The notes under the pieces: generated by a model | Database searches by the model: none | Told to the model about the DNA's origin: nothing | What the model saw: the letters and a program-made list of their open reading frames with translations, nothing else | IMG/VR virus record: IMGVR_UViG_3300022699_000232 | Span: 1 to 64,000 of that record | Strand: one strand, 5' to 3' | DNA length: 64,000 bases | Source of the DNA: a virus | Shown here: positions 62,722 through 64,000 of the stretch, in pieces | Numbering within the stretch: the first letter of the stretch is position 1 | Layout of the letters: every line of letters begins with the position of its first letter | Position numbers and translations under genes: made by a program

Positions 62722-63554
62722 GCAAGATCGACGATATCCTGCCGCTTCCAGAGCAAGCAGACGTTCACCTCATCTGCCCCGATATCCTCGCCGTCAAGCG
62801 CATCGTTCCGTGGGGCGATGAACTGATTCGAGTCTCCGAGAACATCAACAAGTGGAAGCAATCCGATCAGGTTCATGCTGGTAACGCTGGGCCCGGCTAC
62901 ACTTCCGAGCACCGGACCAGCAGAAGCTTCTACGTCACGAGCGCTCATCCGGATTTCGGTCCGTGTCTCAGACGCTTCGAGCACGGTCTGATGCGCGCAT
63001 TCCATACGGCCGCAGTTGCCTACAAGAGCTACAACTCAAGCCTCGTGGCGACCGACGACTCAGGCTACGAACTCCTTCGCTACCGCGAGGGGGAGATGTT
63101 CTCTGCGCACGTCGATACGATTGTGGGTCGCCAGAAAGCGTTTCGGCAGCTTAGCGCAGTTTGCTATCTGAATGCCGACTACAGTGGGGGCGAAACCTTC
63201 TTTCCGAGGCAGCAGGTCAAGTTCCGCCCGGAACCTGGAGACATCCTGATGTTTCCGTCTAACTTCTGCTATCCTCATGCTTCCCTTCCAGTAATCTCCG
63301 GTACCAAGTACGCTGTGGTGACGTGGTTCGTCGCCTACCCGGAGAGACCGCAAGAAGACAAGCAGGAGGTCGATGGTGAAGAGGAAGAGCCACTGGGCGC
63401 TGACGATGGTGATGATCCTGCTCCCGGTCACGAACGGGTGCGCATGGTTCGGGACGCCGCCGGAGGCGGAGCTTCTACAGGAGAACCGCAAGCATCTGGT
63501 CGAGAGCATTCGGCCTGCGCTAGTGGATGCGCTTCACAAGGCCAAGGGTCCTGA
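62718..63554 (+). CDS. 2OG-Fe(II) oxygenase, prolyl 4-hydroxylase-like
   Basis: LLRYREGEMFSAHVD..RQLSAVCYLNADYSGGETFF..PGDILMFPSN..YPHASLPVISGTKYAVVTW (HxD..H..K); likely GTG start 62718 overlapping the previous stop. Confidence 0.9.
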   Translation: MSKIDDILPLPEQADVHLICPDILAVKRIVPWGDELIRVSENINKWKQSDQVHAGNAGPGYTSEHRTSRSFYVTSAHPDFGPCLRRFEHGLMRAFHTAAVAYKSYNSSLVATDDSGYELLRYREGEMFSAHVDTIVGRQKAFRQLSAVCYLNADYSGGETFFPRQQVKFRPEPGDILMFPSNFCYPHASLPVISGTKYAVVTWFVAYPERPQEDKQEVDGEEEEPLGADDGDDPAPGHERVRMVRDAAGGGASTGEPQASGREHSACASGCASQGQGS

Positions 63555-63714
63555 TGGAGAGCCTATCTACATCGACGCCTACCGAACCGAGAAGGTGAAC
63601 CTGCTCGACGAGATCATTCGTCAGAGCGCTCGCGTCGCTCCTACCGACGAGGATCAGGGGCAGTACACGCCGGAACCGCTTCCCTGGAAGCGCGACGGCG
63701 AGGAAGACGAGTAG
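63373..63714 (+). CDS. putative lipoprotein
   Basis: Basic N-terminus, hydrophobic stretch and lipobox-like VTNG|C; AGGAGG RBS; overlaps the low-complexity tail of the oxygenase ORF. Confidence 0.65.
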   Translation: MVKRKSHWALTMVMILLPVTNGCAWFGTPPEAELLQENRKHLVESIRPALVDALHKAKGPDGEPIYIDAYRTEKVNLLDEIIRQSARVAPTDEDQGQYTPEPLPWKRDGEEDE

Positions 63715-63717
63715 ATC

Positions 63718-64000
63718 ATGCCGCTCGATGCTGACAAGATCCTCGCGGACCTGAAGGCTGCTGCTACCCCCGAACTGGAGAAGCGCGCCGAAGAACTGCG
63801 AGCTACGTTCCTGAAGAACGTCGACGACTTCGTTGACTCGTCTCGCGTCCACGTCCTGGATGACCTGCTCAAGAAGGCCGCCAAGTACGAGATCTCCGCC
63901 ATCACCGAAGATGATCCGGACAAGGCACGTCAGTACGCCGAGGCGGCTGAGGATGTTCTCCGCCAGGTCTCCGTGGTGCTCGTCGCCGAGAAGGTCGTCG
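63718..64000 (+). CDS. helical hypothetical protein (partial)
   Basis: ATG 63718 reads MPLDADKILADLKAAATPELEKRAEEL.. open to the window end. Confidence 0.65.
   Translation, partial: MPLDADKILADLKAAATPELEKRAEELRATFLKNVDDFVDSSRVHVLDDLLKKAAKYEISAITEDDPDKARQYAEAAEDVLRQVSVVLVAEKVV

Noticed and set aside
1871-63923. Many long antisense or alternate-frame ORFs in the track (e.g. 1871-2767, 7448-8362, 35508-36443, 38833-39666)
   Set aside because: Shadow ORFs expected from GC-rich codon bias opposite well-supported genes

Overview
This window is the virion-morphogenesis region of a large, GC-rich (roughly 60% by eye) contractile-tailed (myo-type, probably jumbo) bacteriophage or prophage; no host housekeeping genes are visible. 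Left part (mostly minus strand): T4 gp14-like and gp13-like neck proteins flanking a GroES co-chaperonin, a CIS-tube/tail-tube-initiator gene, and a block of fibre/decoration proteins including a beta-helix protein and a glycoside-hydrolase-like protein. The plus strand then carries a patatin-like lipase, about 15 kb of paralogous fibre/adhesin genes, a triple ribbon-helix-helix regulator, a gp26-like tail chaperone with a -1 frameshift signal, tape measure, hub, spike, gp25, baseplate J and I, another ~14 kb of paralogous propeller/fibre genes, a prolyl-hydroxylase-like 2OG-Fe(II) oxygenase and a lipoprotein. Capsid, portal, terminase and sheath genes are not in the window. The strongest unexplained signals are: (1) a ~410-500 nt intergenic, heavily base-paired + strand RNA candidate at ~3330-3834; (2) the ORF just upstream of it, which has one in-frame UGA followed by a SECIS-like hairpin; (3) two small proteins ending in the tail-sheath N-terminal arm motif (Y/F)LSPGVY; (4) an unusually large modular fibre arsenal sharing an H-x3-D/N-H repeat, with collagen-like segments next to a prolyl-hydroxylase-like gene. 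All family calls come from motif recognition by eye; no database searches or folding programs were run.
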